A stretch of DNA of 62,873 nucleotides from Synechococcales cyanobacterium VAR_4_metabat_354 (GCA_031414775.1 JANOQI010000020.1:1-62873), one strand, 5' to 3'. Shown: positions 1 to 9,716, numbered from the stretch's first letter. Translations and numbers: made by a program. The notes: generated from the sequence alone by a model not told the origin.

Positions 1-140
1 TCAGAGTGGGGGCGGGATTTGTTCGCTGATGTTCGCTCAATCGTCAATACGGGAAAACGGCAAGGTTTATCCGCTTTTGAATCCATATTGACAGCAATTA
101 ACCCCTTGAAATCCTTATTCCATCTAAGTTGAGCAATTAC
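1..140 (+). mobile_element. 3' end of IS66-family insertion sequence (transposase C-terminus 1..132 plus right terminal inverted repeat)
   Basis: Frame 1 reads SEWGRDLFADVRSIVNTGKRQGLSAFESILTAINPLKSLFHLS* (TGA 130-132), resembling the IS66 transposase C-terminal motif (W-G-x3-F/Y-A-x2-R-S-x3-T-x3-Q-G). It is followed by TGAGCAATTAC (reverse complement GTAATTGCTCA), matching the GTAA-initiated IS66 terminal repeat. Confidence 0.75.
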
Positions 141-141
141 A

Positions 142-903
142 ATTTTTGATTCGGTGGAGGTCAAGGAGACTTCGTTTCGGATGGATGGTGTGTTTCTACC
201 ACCAGATTCATCTGGAATAGTTTATGTATGTGAAGTACAGTTTCAGCTAGATCCTTTACTCTATGAGCGGTTGGTTAGCGAAATTAGTATTTATACTTAC
301 CGAAACCGAGAACGTTTTGCCAATTGGCAAGCAGTTGTTATTTATCCATCCAGAAGCATGGAGCAATCGCGCTTAAATACGGTACAGGAGTTAATAACGA
401 GTGGCCGGATAATTCCTATTTATCTGGATGAGCTAGGTGTAGTAGAGGAATTACCGATCGGACTGGGTTTGATGGTTTTGACGACTTTAGAAGGTGACCT
501 GGCCACAGCCGAGGCTAGAAGGTTGATCGGGCAAGCGCAGGGTAGTAGAGATATAATTAGCTTGATATCAACAATTATCTTGTATAAGTTTAATAATCTG
601 AGTAGGGATGAGGTAGATAGAATGTTAGGAATTGAGTTGCAGCAAACACGGGTGTATCAAGATGCTTTGGCGGAGGGTCGAGTTGAGGGTCGAGTTGAAG
701 GTGAAGCTAGGGGTCTGGAACGAGGATTACAGCAGGAAAGAACTTTAGTAATGAGGCTTTTGAACCGCAAGCTGGGAAATATTACTCCTGAAATGCAATT
801 GCGCGTGAATGGCTTGCCGATCGAGCAAGTAGAGGCTTTAGGTGAGGCTTTGTTGGATTTTACGCAGATGAGAGACTTGCTGAGCTGGCTGGAAAGAGGT
901 TGA
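142..903 (+). pseudogene. Rpn family (DUF2887 PD-(D/E)xK nuclease + DUF4351-like C-terminus), 5'-truncated by IS66
   Basis: IFDSVEVKETSFRMDGVFLPP...CEVQFQ is the Rpn/DUF2887 core. The usual ~30 aa N-terminus is missing and the frame begins right at the IS end. EGRV repeats and the LEALGEALLDF-type tail (here VEALGEALLDF) are present. Confidence 0.75.
673..708 (+). repeat. 12-bp tandem repeat (GAGGGTCGAGTT x2 plus one degenerate copy) encoding EGRV-EGRV-EGEA
   Basis: Seen directly; typical variable linker of Rpn proteins. Confidence 0.85.
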
Positions 904-1050
904 GCAGGGTCAAAACGACTCCAATTTAGATCAGCTCAATGCCCTAGTAACTCAATTCAAAATATTTTTCAGACACCGAAAGCACTACTGATATTAGGTT
1001 ATGGACAATTTGCCATTAAATCTTAGAAAATTGATCTGAAGGGGTGATGG

Positions 1051-1072
1051 GTTATCAGAATAACTGGGTAAG
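1051..1072 (+). promoter_or_regulatory. pilin 1 promoter: GTTAT-N4-ATAAC inverted repeat plus SigF-type GGGTAAG box
   Basis: GTTATcagaATAAC at 1051-1064 and GGGTAAG at 1066-1072. GGGTAAG is the known SigF element of cyanobacterial pilA promoters. Confidence 0.65.
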
Positions 1073-1113
1073 TTTAATTCATCAAACAAACACCCCCCTT
1101 TCGGAGACACCAA

Positions 1114-1656
1114 ATGCGCCCTGAACTACAAGCTAAACTTCTTCAACACCTCAACAAAAAGAAAGCTGATAAAGGTTTTACTCTAGTTGAACTATTAGTA
1201 GTTATCGTTATTATCGGCATTTTGACTGCTGTTGCTTTGCCCAACTTCTTGAGCCAGTCTGCGAAAGCCAAGCAAGCTGAAGCTAAAGAAAATATTTCCG
1301 CGATCAACCGTGCTCAAGCTTCTTTCCGTACTGATAATACTCAATTCGCTTCTAACTTTGAGCAGTTGGCATTGGGTACTGTAAAAGGTACCGGTACTTC
1401 TAGCACAGCTAATTACATTTACTCTATGGCTGGTGCTCCAGATAGTGGTACTGCTGGGGCAGAATCGAAAGACAGTGCTATCAAATCTTATAGTGCAGCT
1501 ATCTTGCGCTATAGCAACACCGTAAGCGAACCAGTTGTGACTAGCGGCATTTGCGAGTCTAGCACTCCTGGTAGTACTGCTCCCATTGCTCTTACTATTA
1601 CTACTGGTACCAGTGGTGGTGTATCTTGTTCAGCCAACACTGTCGCTATTAAGTAG
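1114..1656 (+). CDS. pilA: type IV pilin (major pilin-like), copy 1
   Basis: Prepilin cleavage motif KG|FTLVELLVVIVIIGIL, cyanobacterial leader, C-terminal Cys pair. Confidence 0.92.
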   Translation: MRPELQAKLLQHLNKKKADKGFTLVELLVVIVIIGILTAVALPNFLSQSAKAKQAEAKENISAINRAQASFRTDNTQFASNFEQLALGTVKGTGTSSTANYIYSMAGAPDSGTAGAESKDSAIKSYSAAILRYSNTVSEPVVTSGICESSTPGSTAPIALTITTGTSGGVSCSANTVAIK

Positions 1657-1671
1657 TTAACATTTTGATTG

Positions 1672-1706
1672 AAAAAGAGGTGGTCTAGATAAGATCACCT
1701 CTTTTT
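1672..1706 (+). terminator. rho-independent terminator after pilin 1
   Basis: AAAAAGAGGTGGTCT-loop-AGATCACCTCTTTTT hairpin with T tract. Confidence 0.8.
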
Positions 1707-1937
1707 ATGTTGAATGTATAATCTACATAACGCTTAACAGTGGCATTGTTGCACAAATCAAATATTGGACAAAGCGATGTGATTATCACTAAAATCAGTC
1801 ATCGAGCATGATTGAATCGGGTTTAGTGAGCTTAACATCCGTAAATCTGCGGCGAAGCGTAAGCTCAATAACTTTACCTTTAAAACTAATGCACTAGATT
1901 TGCAAGGCCTCAGAAAATTGTACTGAAAGGGTGATGG

Positions 1938-1959
1938 GTTATTTGAATAACTGGGTAAG
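1938..1959 (+). promoter_or_regulatory. pilin 2 promoter: GTTAT-N4-ATAAC plus SigF-type GGGTAAG
   Basis: GTTATttgaATAAC at 1938-1951 and GGGTAAG at 1953-1959; duplicate of the 1022-1113 upstream region. Confidence 0.65.
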
Positions 1960-1999
1960 TTTAATTCATCAAACAAACACCCCCTTACAGAAACACCAA

Positions 2000-2542
2000 A
2001 TGCGCCCTGAACTACAAGCTAAACTTCTTCAACATCTCAACAAAAAGAAAGCTGATAAAGGTTTTACTCTAGTTGAACTATTAGTAGTTATCGTTATCAT
2101 TGGTATTTTGACTGCTGTTGCTTTGCCTAACTTCTTGAGCCAGTCTGCAAAGGCCAAGCAAGCCGAAGCCAAAGAAAATATTTCTGCGATCAACCGTGCC
2201 CAAGCTTCTTACCGTACTGATAATACTCAATTCGCTTCTAACTTTGAGCAGTTGGCATTGGGTACTGTAAAGGGCACTGGTACTTCTAGTACAGCTAATT
2301 ATGTTTATTCTATGGCTGGTGACGCGGATAGTGGTACTGCTGGAGCAGAATCGAAAGATAGTGCTATCAAATCTTATAGTGCAGCTATCTTGCGCTATAG
2401 CAACACCGTAAGCGAACCAGTTGTGACTAGTGCTATATGTGAGTCTAGCACTCCTGGTAGTACTGCTCCCATTGCTCTCACTATTACTACTGGTACTAGT
2501 GGTGGTGTATCTTGTTCTGCCAACACTGTTGCTGTCAAATAA
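2000..2542 (+). CDS. pilA: type IV pilin, copy 2 (174/180 aa identical to copy 1)
   Basis: Start placed at ATG 2000 by alignment with copy 1; same prepilin motif. Confidence 0.92.
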   Translation: MRPELQAKLLQHLNKKKADKGFTLVELLVVIVIIGILTAVALPNFLSQSAKAKQAEAKENISAINRAQASYRTDNTQFASNFEQLALGTVKGTGTSSTANYVYSMAGDADSGTAGAESKDSAIKSYSAAILRYSNTVSEPVVTSAICESSTPGSTAPIALTITTGTSGGVSCSANTVAVK

Positions 2543-2556
2543 TTAACAGTTTTATC

Positions 2557-2598
2557 GAAAAAGGAGGTGAAGTTTTTACAACCTTCATCTCCTTTTTC
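2557..2598 (+). terminator. rho-independent terminator after pilin 2
   Basis: GAAAAAGGAGGTGAAG...CTTCATCTCCTTTTTC hairpin. Confidence 0.75.
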
Positions 2599-2642
2599 TC
2601 TTTTCACATTCTAATTTTGGACGATAGATGGTAGCCAAAATT

Positions 2643-2649
2643 GGGTAAG
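2643..2649 (+). promoter_or_regulatory. SigF-type GGGTAAG box upstream of pilin 3
   Basis: TGGGTAAGT shared with both other pilin promoters; AAGGAG RBS follows. Confidence 0.55.
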
Positions 2650-2680
2650 TTAAATTCAGCCCTAAGGAGATAAAAATAGC

Positions 2681-3223
2681 ATGAGGCCAGAATTACAAGC
2701 CAAACTTTTACAACATCTACATTCTAAGAAAACTGAACAGGGCTTTACCTTGGTGGAGCTGTTAGTCGTAATTGTAATTATTGGTATTTTAACAGCGGTG
2801 GCTCTGCCCAATTTTATCAGTCAATCAGCCAAGGCTAAACAGTCTGAAGCCAAACAATACATTTCAGCAATCAATCGGGCACAAACCTATCGGCGCTCAT
2901 ATTCTTCTACTTTTGCGTCTAACTTTGAAGAACTAGCGATCGGAACAATGAGTGGCACCGGATCTTCTAATACTGCTAGTTTTGTTTACTCCATGACTGG
3001 TAATACAGAAAGTGGGACGGCTTACGCTACTGCTCGTGATAGTGCTCTTAAATCTTATAGCGCTGCCATACTGCACTATAACAACACCGAAAATTTACCC
3101 ACCGTCGCCAGTGGTCTATGCGAAAACAGTACTCCGGGTAGTTCTGCTGCTGCTGCTCTCACCTTTACAACCGGAGTAAATGCTGAAGTCTCGTGTTCAA
3201 CTGGTACGATCCCCGCTAAGTAA
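2681..3223 (+). CDS. pilA: type IV pilin, copy 3 (divergent paralog)
   Basis: QG|FTLVELLVV motif; same length (180 aa) with a diverged globular domain. Confidence 0.9.
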   Translation: MRPELQAKLLQHLHSKKTEQGFTLVELLVVIVIIGILTAVALPNFISQSAKAKQSEAKQYISAINRAQTYRRSYSSTFASNFEELAIGTMSGTGSSNTASFVYSMTGNTESGTAYATARDSALKSYSAAILHYNNTENLPTVASGLCENSTPGSSAAAALTFTTGVNAEVSCSTGTIPAK

Positions 3224-3373
3224 TTCAGATAGTGTTGGTACTACTTTAATTAGATTTAAGTAGATATACGGATATAAAAATAGATATTTAATATCTCTCA
3301 GTAGTTATCTGGATGGAATATTGAGAAGAAGGCTATATCCTAATTTCATCTGGATTCCTCAAACTTAGCTAAT

Positions 3374-5527
3374 ATGCAATCGATCGAACTACCGCCTTTT
3401 TCAGAGCAGCAGTCATTAGTATTAGACAGTTGGACTAGCTATTGGCAGACCGGAGTCGATCTTGCCTTAAATGGCGACATTACTGAAGCACAATCTACCT
3501 GGTTAGTACCATTTTTAGAAATAGACAGTGCTACTCATGAAACTACCATTACCGATAGCTTAGCAAAATATTTAGACCAAGCTGCTGATCAACAAAACAG
3601 CGTAGGGAATTTAGAGAATGCGATTAACCTGCGTCAGTTTTTACAAGAGCTATTGCCCCAAGATATTAATAATCTCTTCCAGCTCATCCACTTATCAGTA
3701 CAAAATCAGAGCTTTGAAATCAATCTATTAAATGATTGGTCGGTTATCACCCTTCTCGAAGATACTGAAATCGCCAGTATTAATCAGAAAGCATTAGACC
3801 AAGGACTTAAGGCAATTCTTGAATTCTTTCAACCCTTGAATATTGAAATCATCACCGAGTTGGTAGCAGTGTGTCTACAAAAATCGCCTCGACTGCTCAC
3901 AACCCTTTCTCTAATTGCTAACGAGACTTTTGTATTAGCTTATCAATATAGCAGATCAGAATGTAGTGTACAGATTTTGGAAACATGTCTAAAAAATTCT
4001 CCAGAAAACTTACACTTAAGTATTCAGTGTAGTTTATCGAATAGTGCAGTTAAAGCCGGACAAATCAGTAAAGCTATTCAAGTTGCACAGGAATGCTATG
4101 AAAAAAGTCGCTATTTAACGACAGAAGAGCAAGTTAGAGCCAGTCATATGCGGTTAGCTGTTTTTATGGATACTGGTGATTGGCTAAGAATTCCAGCAAT
4201 AGCCCAAGAACACCTGTTGTTACTTCATCGTTTTATTGAAGAATCACCCAATAAACTTTTAGCTAGCGGTACTATTGTCAATGCATCTTATTTTCTCAAC
4301 TATTTATATGATGAACCAAAAAAAATGCATTTTCTCCGTAATGAAATTGGTAAAATCTATACAAAAAATCTAGAAACAGTTGTAGAAAGAGAAGATGATC
4401 ATCAAGAAATAATCCCTAAAAAAGTAGGTGTCTTACGAATTGGCTATATTGCTAGCTCTCTACGCAAACATTCGGTTGGTTGGCTAAGTCGGTGGCTATT
4501 TGCTTACCACGATCGACAAAATCTAGAGATATTTCTGTATCACGTCAATCAGCAAGATAATGATCCCTTTAATCATAAGTTCTTTCGAGATAAAGCCCAT
4601 TTTTCATCTTATTGCGATACCAATGTCGAGCAGATTGTCAATCAGATCAAACAAGACGAAATTGATATTTTAGTAGATTTAGACAGTCTATCTTTCAGTA
4701 CCACCTACGAGGTAATGTGCCACAGGCCAGCACCAGTTCAAGTCACTTGGCTAGGCTGGGATGCTTCTGGTTGTCCGGCGATCGATTACTACATTGCCGA
4801 TCCCTACGTCTTACCGTCTAATGCTGACGAATACTATACAGCTCAGATTTGGCGCTTGCCTCACACTTATCTGGCGATCGATGGCTTTGAAAGTGATGTG
4901 CCTAGACGCAAAAGAGCAGATTATGATTTGCCAGAAGATGCGATCGTCTACCTCTGCAATCAAAAAAGCTATAAGCATCATCCTGATATTTTACGCTTAC
5001 AACTACAAATTATCAAATCTGTACCTAACAGCTACCTACTTATCAAACTACGCACAAGAGGGGATGGTTTGATTGAGAGCTATCAAGCACTCCTCGACGA
5101 AGTAGGTATTGATATGAATCAACTGCGGTTTTTGATACGAGATGATGATGAATACAGCCATCGCGCCAACCTCACCCTTGCCGATGTAGTTTTAGATACT
5201 TTTCCCTACAACGGTGCAACCACCACTTTAGAAACCTTATGGATGAATGTCCCGATGGTAACGAAGGTGGGAGAGGCTTTTGTGGCTCGTAATAGTTACA
5301 CCTTCATGACAAATGCAGGTCTCACCGAGGGCATTGCCTGGACGGATGAAGAGTATGTGGACTGGGGGATTCGATTGGGCACTGATAGTGATTTGCGCCA
5401 ACAAGTACGCGGTAAGTTACTAACTTCGCGCAAGACCTCGCCGCTGTGGAATGCCCAACAATTCACTAAAGATATGGAAAGTGCCTATCAGTCCATGTGG
5501 CAAAAGCATCTAGAACAGCAAAATTGA
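3374..5527 (+). CDS. O-linked GlcNAc transferase, SPINDLY/GT41 family
   Basis: Helical N-terminus; RIGY..HSVGWL, DILVDLD, PAPVQVTWLG, LDTFPYNGATTTLETLW motifs. Confidence 0.9.
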   Translation: MQSIELPPFSEQQSLVLDSWTSYWQTGVDLALNGDITEAQSTWLVPFLEIDSATHETTITDSLAKYLDQAADQQNSVGNLENAINLRQFLQELLPQDINNLFQLIHLSVQNQSFEINLLNDWSVITLLEDTEIASINQKALDQGLKAILEFFQPLNIEIITELVAVCLQKSPRLLTTLSLIANETFVLAYQYSRSECSVQILETCLKNSPENLHLSIQCSLSNSAVKAGQISKAIQVAQECYEKSRYLTTEEQVRASHMRLAVFMDTGDWLRIPAIAQEHLLLLHRFIEESPNKLLASGTIVNASYFLNYLYDEPKKMHFLRNEIGKIYTKNLETVVEREDDHQEIIPKKVGVLRIGYIASSLRKHSVGWLSRWLFAYHDRQNLEIFLYHVNQQDNDPFNHKFFRDKAHFSSYCDTNVEQIVNQIKQDEIDILVDLDSLSFSTTYEVMCHRPAPVQVTWLGWDASGCPAIDYYIADPYVLPSNADEYYTAQIWRLPHTYLAIDGFESDVPRRKRADYDLPEDAIVYLCNQKSYKHHPDILRLQLQIIKSVPNSYLLIKLRTRGDGLIESYQALLDEVGIDMNQLRFLIRDDDEYSHRANLTLADVVLDTFPYNGATTTLETLWMNVPMVTKVGEAFVARNSYTFMTNAGLTEGIAWTDEEYVDWGIRLGTDSDLRQQVRGKLLTSRKTSPLWNAQQFTKDMESAYQSMWQKHLEQQN

Positions 5528-5573
5528 AGCATCACTCATTATTCCATCTACCCATCATCTACAGGACATCCAG

Positions 5574-7811
5574 ATGACTACCTCTACCTTGATTCCAGAC
5601 ATTGCCGAGCAAATCGCTCAATACGAAATAGCCATTAATCAAGAGGAATCGATCGCCTCTAATTACTGGTGGCTAGGAATTAGCTACTTACTAACAGGTG
5701 ATGAAATTGAGGCTCAGGCTACTTGGTTTATTCCGATCGCCAATGCCGCCGATAGTGAAATTGAAAATTTAACAACTGATCTAGTAAATACTTTAGCTAT
5801 CGCGGCCCAGCAGCAGGTAGACATTGGGGATGATGCCGCAGCCTTATTGATTCGACGACACTCACAAGAAATTGATAGCAATCAACTAGATAATATTTTA
5901 GAGCTGATCATTCTCAGCGCCAAATGCGATCAATTAATTTCTGGTTGTGTCCAAGAATGGGAATTAGCAGCAGTATTAACTAATACGCCCAGCGAGAACA
6001 TCAACCAAGATTTGTTAGCAGCAGCATTTAGTCAATTAATATTAGTAATTGATCAAGAGAATGCTGATACTATTATGAGCTGTTTGCATTACAGCAATAA
6101 ACCAGAACCATTAGTCAAAGAAGCGATAACATTAGCACGGCAACTATTTGACCAAAAAAAGTATGAGAAATCCATTTTACTTATGGAAGGGTGTTTGTTT
6201 GCCCATCCTCAAGATTTTGATGAATTATACAATTTATCACAAGCCTATAATGCCTATGGCAAATATCAAAAAAGCATTGATTTTGGTAGATTATCTTTTC
6301 AAACTGCTACTAATGGATCTCTATTACAAAAAATTAAAAGCGGCTACTCGCTAATTGCTACTCTTGTCAAAGCCAGCCAAATCAAAGAATTCTATAGCTT
6401 TATTGAAGAATATCGACCTCTAATTTACCAACTTATTTCTGAACCAAGTATAGAAGACTCAGAAGAAGCTAAAAGCCAGCATTACAAAACTTATACCGAG
6501 ATTGCCGCAGCAGTAACTTTATTCTTCTTTCCTTACATAGAAGATGAACCCATTCAAACTCGTCACTATTTAAACTTAGCTAGTAAAATAACTCGTGACA
6601 GCTTTTATTTTTTAAAAAATACTGATAAATCAAATTCTCCAGATAAACTGAATCAATATACGCCAGACTTGCTATCTGACAGCATCGAAAAAAAAGCAGG
6701 GATAATCCGAATTGGGTATATTGCATCCACCCTCTCCACTCATTCTGTGGGCTGGTTAAGTCGATGGCTATGGCAATATCGCGATCAAGATAAGTTTCAG
6801 GTATTCACCTACTGCCTAGAACCAGCCGAAAGTGATTCATTTAATAATCGCTGGTTCCGCGATCAATCAGATATTACTTACTATCTGCCGTGTAACGTAG
6901 AAAAAATCGTTACCCAGATTCAACACGATCAGCTTGATATCTTAGTCGATTTGGATAGCTTAACCATACCTATTATTTATGCAGTAATGTCGCGGCGATT
7001 AGCCCCAGTGCAAATTACCTGGCTAGGCTGGGATGCTTCCGGTGCCCCCGAAGTAGATTATTTTATTGCCGATCCCTACGTGCTTCCAGATGATGCTCAG
7101 GATTATTATGCTGAAAAAATTTGGCGATTACCCCACACCTATGTAGCCGTAGACGGCTTTGAAGTAGGCACACCCACCATTCGCCGTGAAATGCTGAATA
7201 TTCCACCAACCGCAGTAGTTTACTATAGCGCTCAAGTTGGCTATAAAATTCATCCAGATACCGTGCGACTACAATTCCAGATACTACGCCAAGTCCCGGA
7301 TAGTTTTCTGTTGATCAAAGCCAGAACCGACAACACCGCAGTCAGTAATTTTTATCAGGAAATTGCTGACGAAATTGGTTTAGACTTCTCCCGTTTACGC
7401 TTCTTGGACAAAGATCCTGATGAACTCACCCATCGGGCTAATTTACAAATTGCCGATGTAATGTTGGATAGCTTTCCTTACAATGGCGCAACCACGACCC
7501 TCGAAACTCTGTGGCTGGGCATTCCACTGGTAACTAGGGTAGGACAACAGTTTGCCGCCCGTAATAGCTACACTTTCATGATCAATGCTGGCATCAGTGA
7601 GGGTATTGCCTGGTCAGCAGCAGAATACTTGGAGTGGGGAATCAGGTTAGGTACTGATGCTAACCTTCGCCAACAAATAGCTGGCAAGTTGCTAGATACC
7701 CGGAGTACCGCTCCTCTTTGGAATGCCCGTCAATTTACTAAGGACATGGAAGGTGCTTACCTAGGCATGTGGGAACACTACCAGCAAAAACAACTACAAA
7801 GCGAGGGTTAA
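5574..7811 (+). CDS. O-linked GlcNAc transferase, SPINDLY/GT41 family (paralog 2)
   Basis: TPR-like N-terminus; HSVGWL, APVQITWLG, LDSFPYNGATTTLETLW motifs. Confidence 0.9.
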   Translation: MTTSTLIPDIAEQIAQYEIAINQEESIASNYWWLGISYLLTGDEIEAQATWFIPIANAADSEIENLTTDLVNTLAIAAQQQVDIGDDAAALLIRRHSQEIDSNQLDNILELIILSAKCDQLISGCVQEWELAAVLTNTPSENINQDLLAAAFSQLILVIDQENADTIMSCLHYSNKPEPLVKEAITLARQLFDQKKYEKSILLMEGCLFAHPQDFDELYNLSQAYNAYGKYQKSIDFGRLSFQTATNGSLLQKIKSGYSLIATLVKASQIKEFYSFIEEYRPLIYQLISEPSIEDSEEAKSQHYKTYTEIAAAVTLFFFPYIEDEPIQTRHYLNLASKITRDSFYFLKNTDKSNSPDKLNQYTPDLLSDSIEKKAGIIRIGYIASTLSTHSVGWLSRWLWQYRDQDKFQVFTYCLEPAESDSFNNRWFRDQSDITYYLPCNVEKIVTQIQHDQLDILVDLDSLTIPIIYAVMSRRLAPVQITWLGWDASGAPEVDYFIADPYVLPDDAQDYYAEKIWRLPHTYVAVDGFEVGTPTIRREMLNIPPTAVVYYSAQVGYKIHPDTVRLQFQILRQVPDSFLLIKARTDNTAVSNFYQEIADEIGLDFSRLRFLDKDPDELTHRANLQIADVMLDSFPYNGATTTLETLWLGIPLVTRVGQQFAARNSYTFMINAGISEGIAWSAAEYLEWGIRLGTDANLRQQIAGKLLDTRSTAPLWNARQFTKDMEGAYLGMWEHYQQKQLQSEG

Positions 7812-7824
7812 AACATGGATGGTT

Positions 7825-8160
7825 TTAATCTTCATTCGTCCTTTCTAAACGAGCAACCCGCCGACTCAACCGCCTAGTTTTGCGCTCATTATTAGAAAGA
7901 TCGTAGTTTAAATCATCGGCATAGTCACTCTGAGCCTTAAAGCCATCACGAATAGCGATCAGCAGCGTACCTTCAACACTATCGATGCGGCGACGTAAAG
8001 ACTCAACATCTTCGCGTACAGCATTAGCATTTTGCTTCATGCTGGTTATATCCTGCTTCATAACAGTTATATCTTGCATCATGCCAACAAAACCCTGCTG
8101 CACTAGTTCGCGCAATTCACTAATTTGGGTTTCAATCCGATCGAACCTTTCATCAGACAT
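7825..8160 (-). CDS. small coiled-coil hypothetical protein
   Basis: 111 aa with heptad repeats MMQDITV/MKQDITS/MKQNANA (21-bp DNA repeat at ~8036-8082). Confidence 0.65.
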   Translation of the reverse strand: MSDERFDRIETQISELRELVQQGFVGMMQDITVMKQDITSMKQNANAVREDVESLRRRIDSVEGTLLIAIRDGFKAQSDYADDLNYDLSNNERKTRRLSRRVARLERTNED

Positions 8161-8374
8161 CAGCTATCTCGACTTCTGTAATTTTTTAGATATTATGGCG
8201 GCACCTCTATTCTAAGAGCTAGCAACAAAGATCTCCAATATCTTGGTTCCTTCACCCTAACAAAATTTCCACGCCGAAGTAGGTTAATTATCTTTACAGC
8301 CCCCTTGTTTATTCAGCAAAAATATTCGAATCTAGAGATAGAAACACAGTCGATCAATACAGCTGGAGAAATCT

Positions 8375-8587
8375 ATGAGTACTACTATTTGGGTAAATGA
8401 ACAGCGAGATCCGATCGGACTCATGTATTCCTGCATTGCTTCCAGCGACGAAGCCATGGCTAGAGCTTGCCACGAGTCTTTTCAAGCTGATCTCACCGAA
8501 GAACAAAAACGCTTAGGCTGGGTAGTGACTTTGCACACTGTGCAAAATTGGGACGAAGTGCCAGTTAACTCTCTCAAGTTAGGCTAA
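8375..8587 (+). CDS. conserved cyanobacterial small hypothetical protein
   Basis: GGAG RBS; IWVNEQxDPxG...WDEVPVNSLKL resembles a family I recall from other cyanobacteria; function unknown. Confidence 0.7.
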   Translation: MSTTIWVNEQRDPIGLMYSCIASSDEAMARACHESFQADLTEEQKRLGWVVTLHTVQNWDEVPVNSLKLG

Positions 8588-8656
8588 CAAGTGGGCTAAA
8601 CCTTCCCGGCTGGTCGTAAGATTGGGAGTTGCTAAACCAAACCAACATTTCAGCTT

Positions 8657-9706
8657 ATGGCAGCCAATCAAGTCCGTCCGGTGTTGTGGGAAAACGATCG
8701 AGTTCGCCTCATTGACCAAACCCGTCTACCCCAAGAATATACCTGGGTCGAAATTAGCCGCAGTGATGACATGGCCACGGCCATTACTACTATGATCGTG
8801 CGCGGTGCCCCGGCGATTGGGGTAGCAGCCGCCTATGGCATGTACTTGGGTGCCAGGGAAATCACCGCTACTGATCGTCCGGAGTTTTTGACAGCCTTAG
8901 AACAAGTGGCCGTGAAACTACGCGCCACCAGACCCACCGCCGTCAATTTATTTTGGGCGATCGACAAAATGATGAAGACGGCTCAATCAGCCGCTGGCGA
9001 TATTGATAGCATCCGTCAGACTCTGCTAGAGACCGCTAAAAAAATTAATGCTGATGATATTCGCACCTGTGAAGCGATCGGCGATCATGGTCTGGCCGCT
9101 TTACCAATCAACCGACCAAAACTGCGGTTATTGACTCACTGTAACGCTGGAGCCTTGGCCACAGCCGGTTATGGAACTGCATTAGGAGTTGTTCGATCTG
9201 CTTGGCGCGACGGGCGACTAGAAAGACTATATGCCGATGAAACCAGACCCCGCTTGCAAGGAGCAAAACTCACCACCTGGGAATGCGTACAAGAAGGCAT
9301 TCCGGTGACTTTGCTTAGTGATAACATGGCCGGTCACTGTATGGCCAAGGGGATGATTGATGCTGTGGTGGTGGGTGCCGATCGGATTGCCGCCAATGGA
9401 GACGTGGCCAATAAAATTGGTACCTATAATCTGGCGATCGTGGCTCAGGCTCATCATATACCGTTTTTTGTGGCAGCTCCGTTATCGACAATCGACTTTA
9501 GCTTAAATGATGGCAGTTTGATTCCGATCGAAGAACGCGATCCCACAGAAATTTCTCACGTTGGTGAGACCATGATTTGTCCCCCGGGCGTAGAGTTCTA
9601 TAATCCAGCCTTCGATGTCACCCCCGCCCACTGGATCAAAGCAATTATCACCGAGTTCGGGGCTTTTGCTCCTGGTGATTTGGGACAATTACAAGGCAAA
9701 AGTTAG
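8657..9706 (+). CDS. mtnA: S-methyl-5-thioribose-1-phosphate isomerase
   Basis: [39 protein letters not shown] motifs. Confidence 0.95.
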   Translation: MAANQVRPVLWENDRVRLIDQTRLPQEYTWVEISRSDDMATAITTMIVRGAPAIGVAAAYGMYLGAREITATDRPEFLTALEQVAVKLRATRPTAVNLFWAIDKMMKTAQSAAGDIDSIRQTLLETAKKINADDIRTCEAIGDHGLAALPINRPKLRLLTHCNAGALATAGYGTALGVVRSAWRDGRLERLYADETRPRLQGAKLTTWECVQEGIPVTLLSDNMAGHCMAKGMIDAVVVGADRIAANGDVANKIGTYNLAIVAQAHHIPFFVAAPLSTIDFSLNDGSLIPIEERDPTEISHVGETMICPPGVEFYNPAFDVTPAHWIKAIITEFGAFAPGDLGQLQGKS

Positions 9707-9716
9707 CACGACTAAA

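Noticed and set aside
1931..1999. 23-aa N-terminal extension of pilin 2 in the ORF track
   Set aside because: It is the duplicated promoter region (contains the GGGTAAG box); alignment with pilin 1 places the start at ATG 2000.
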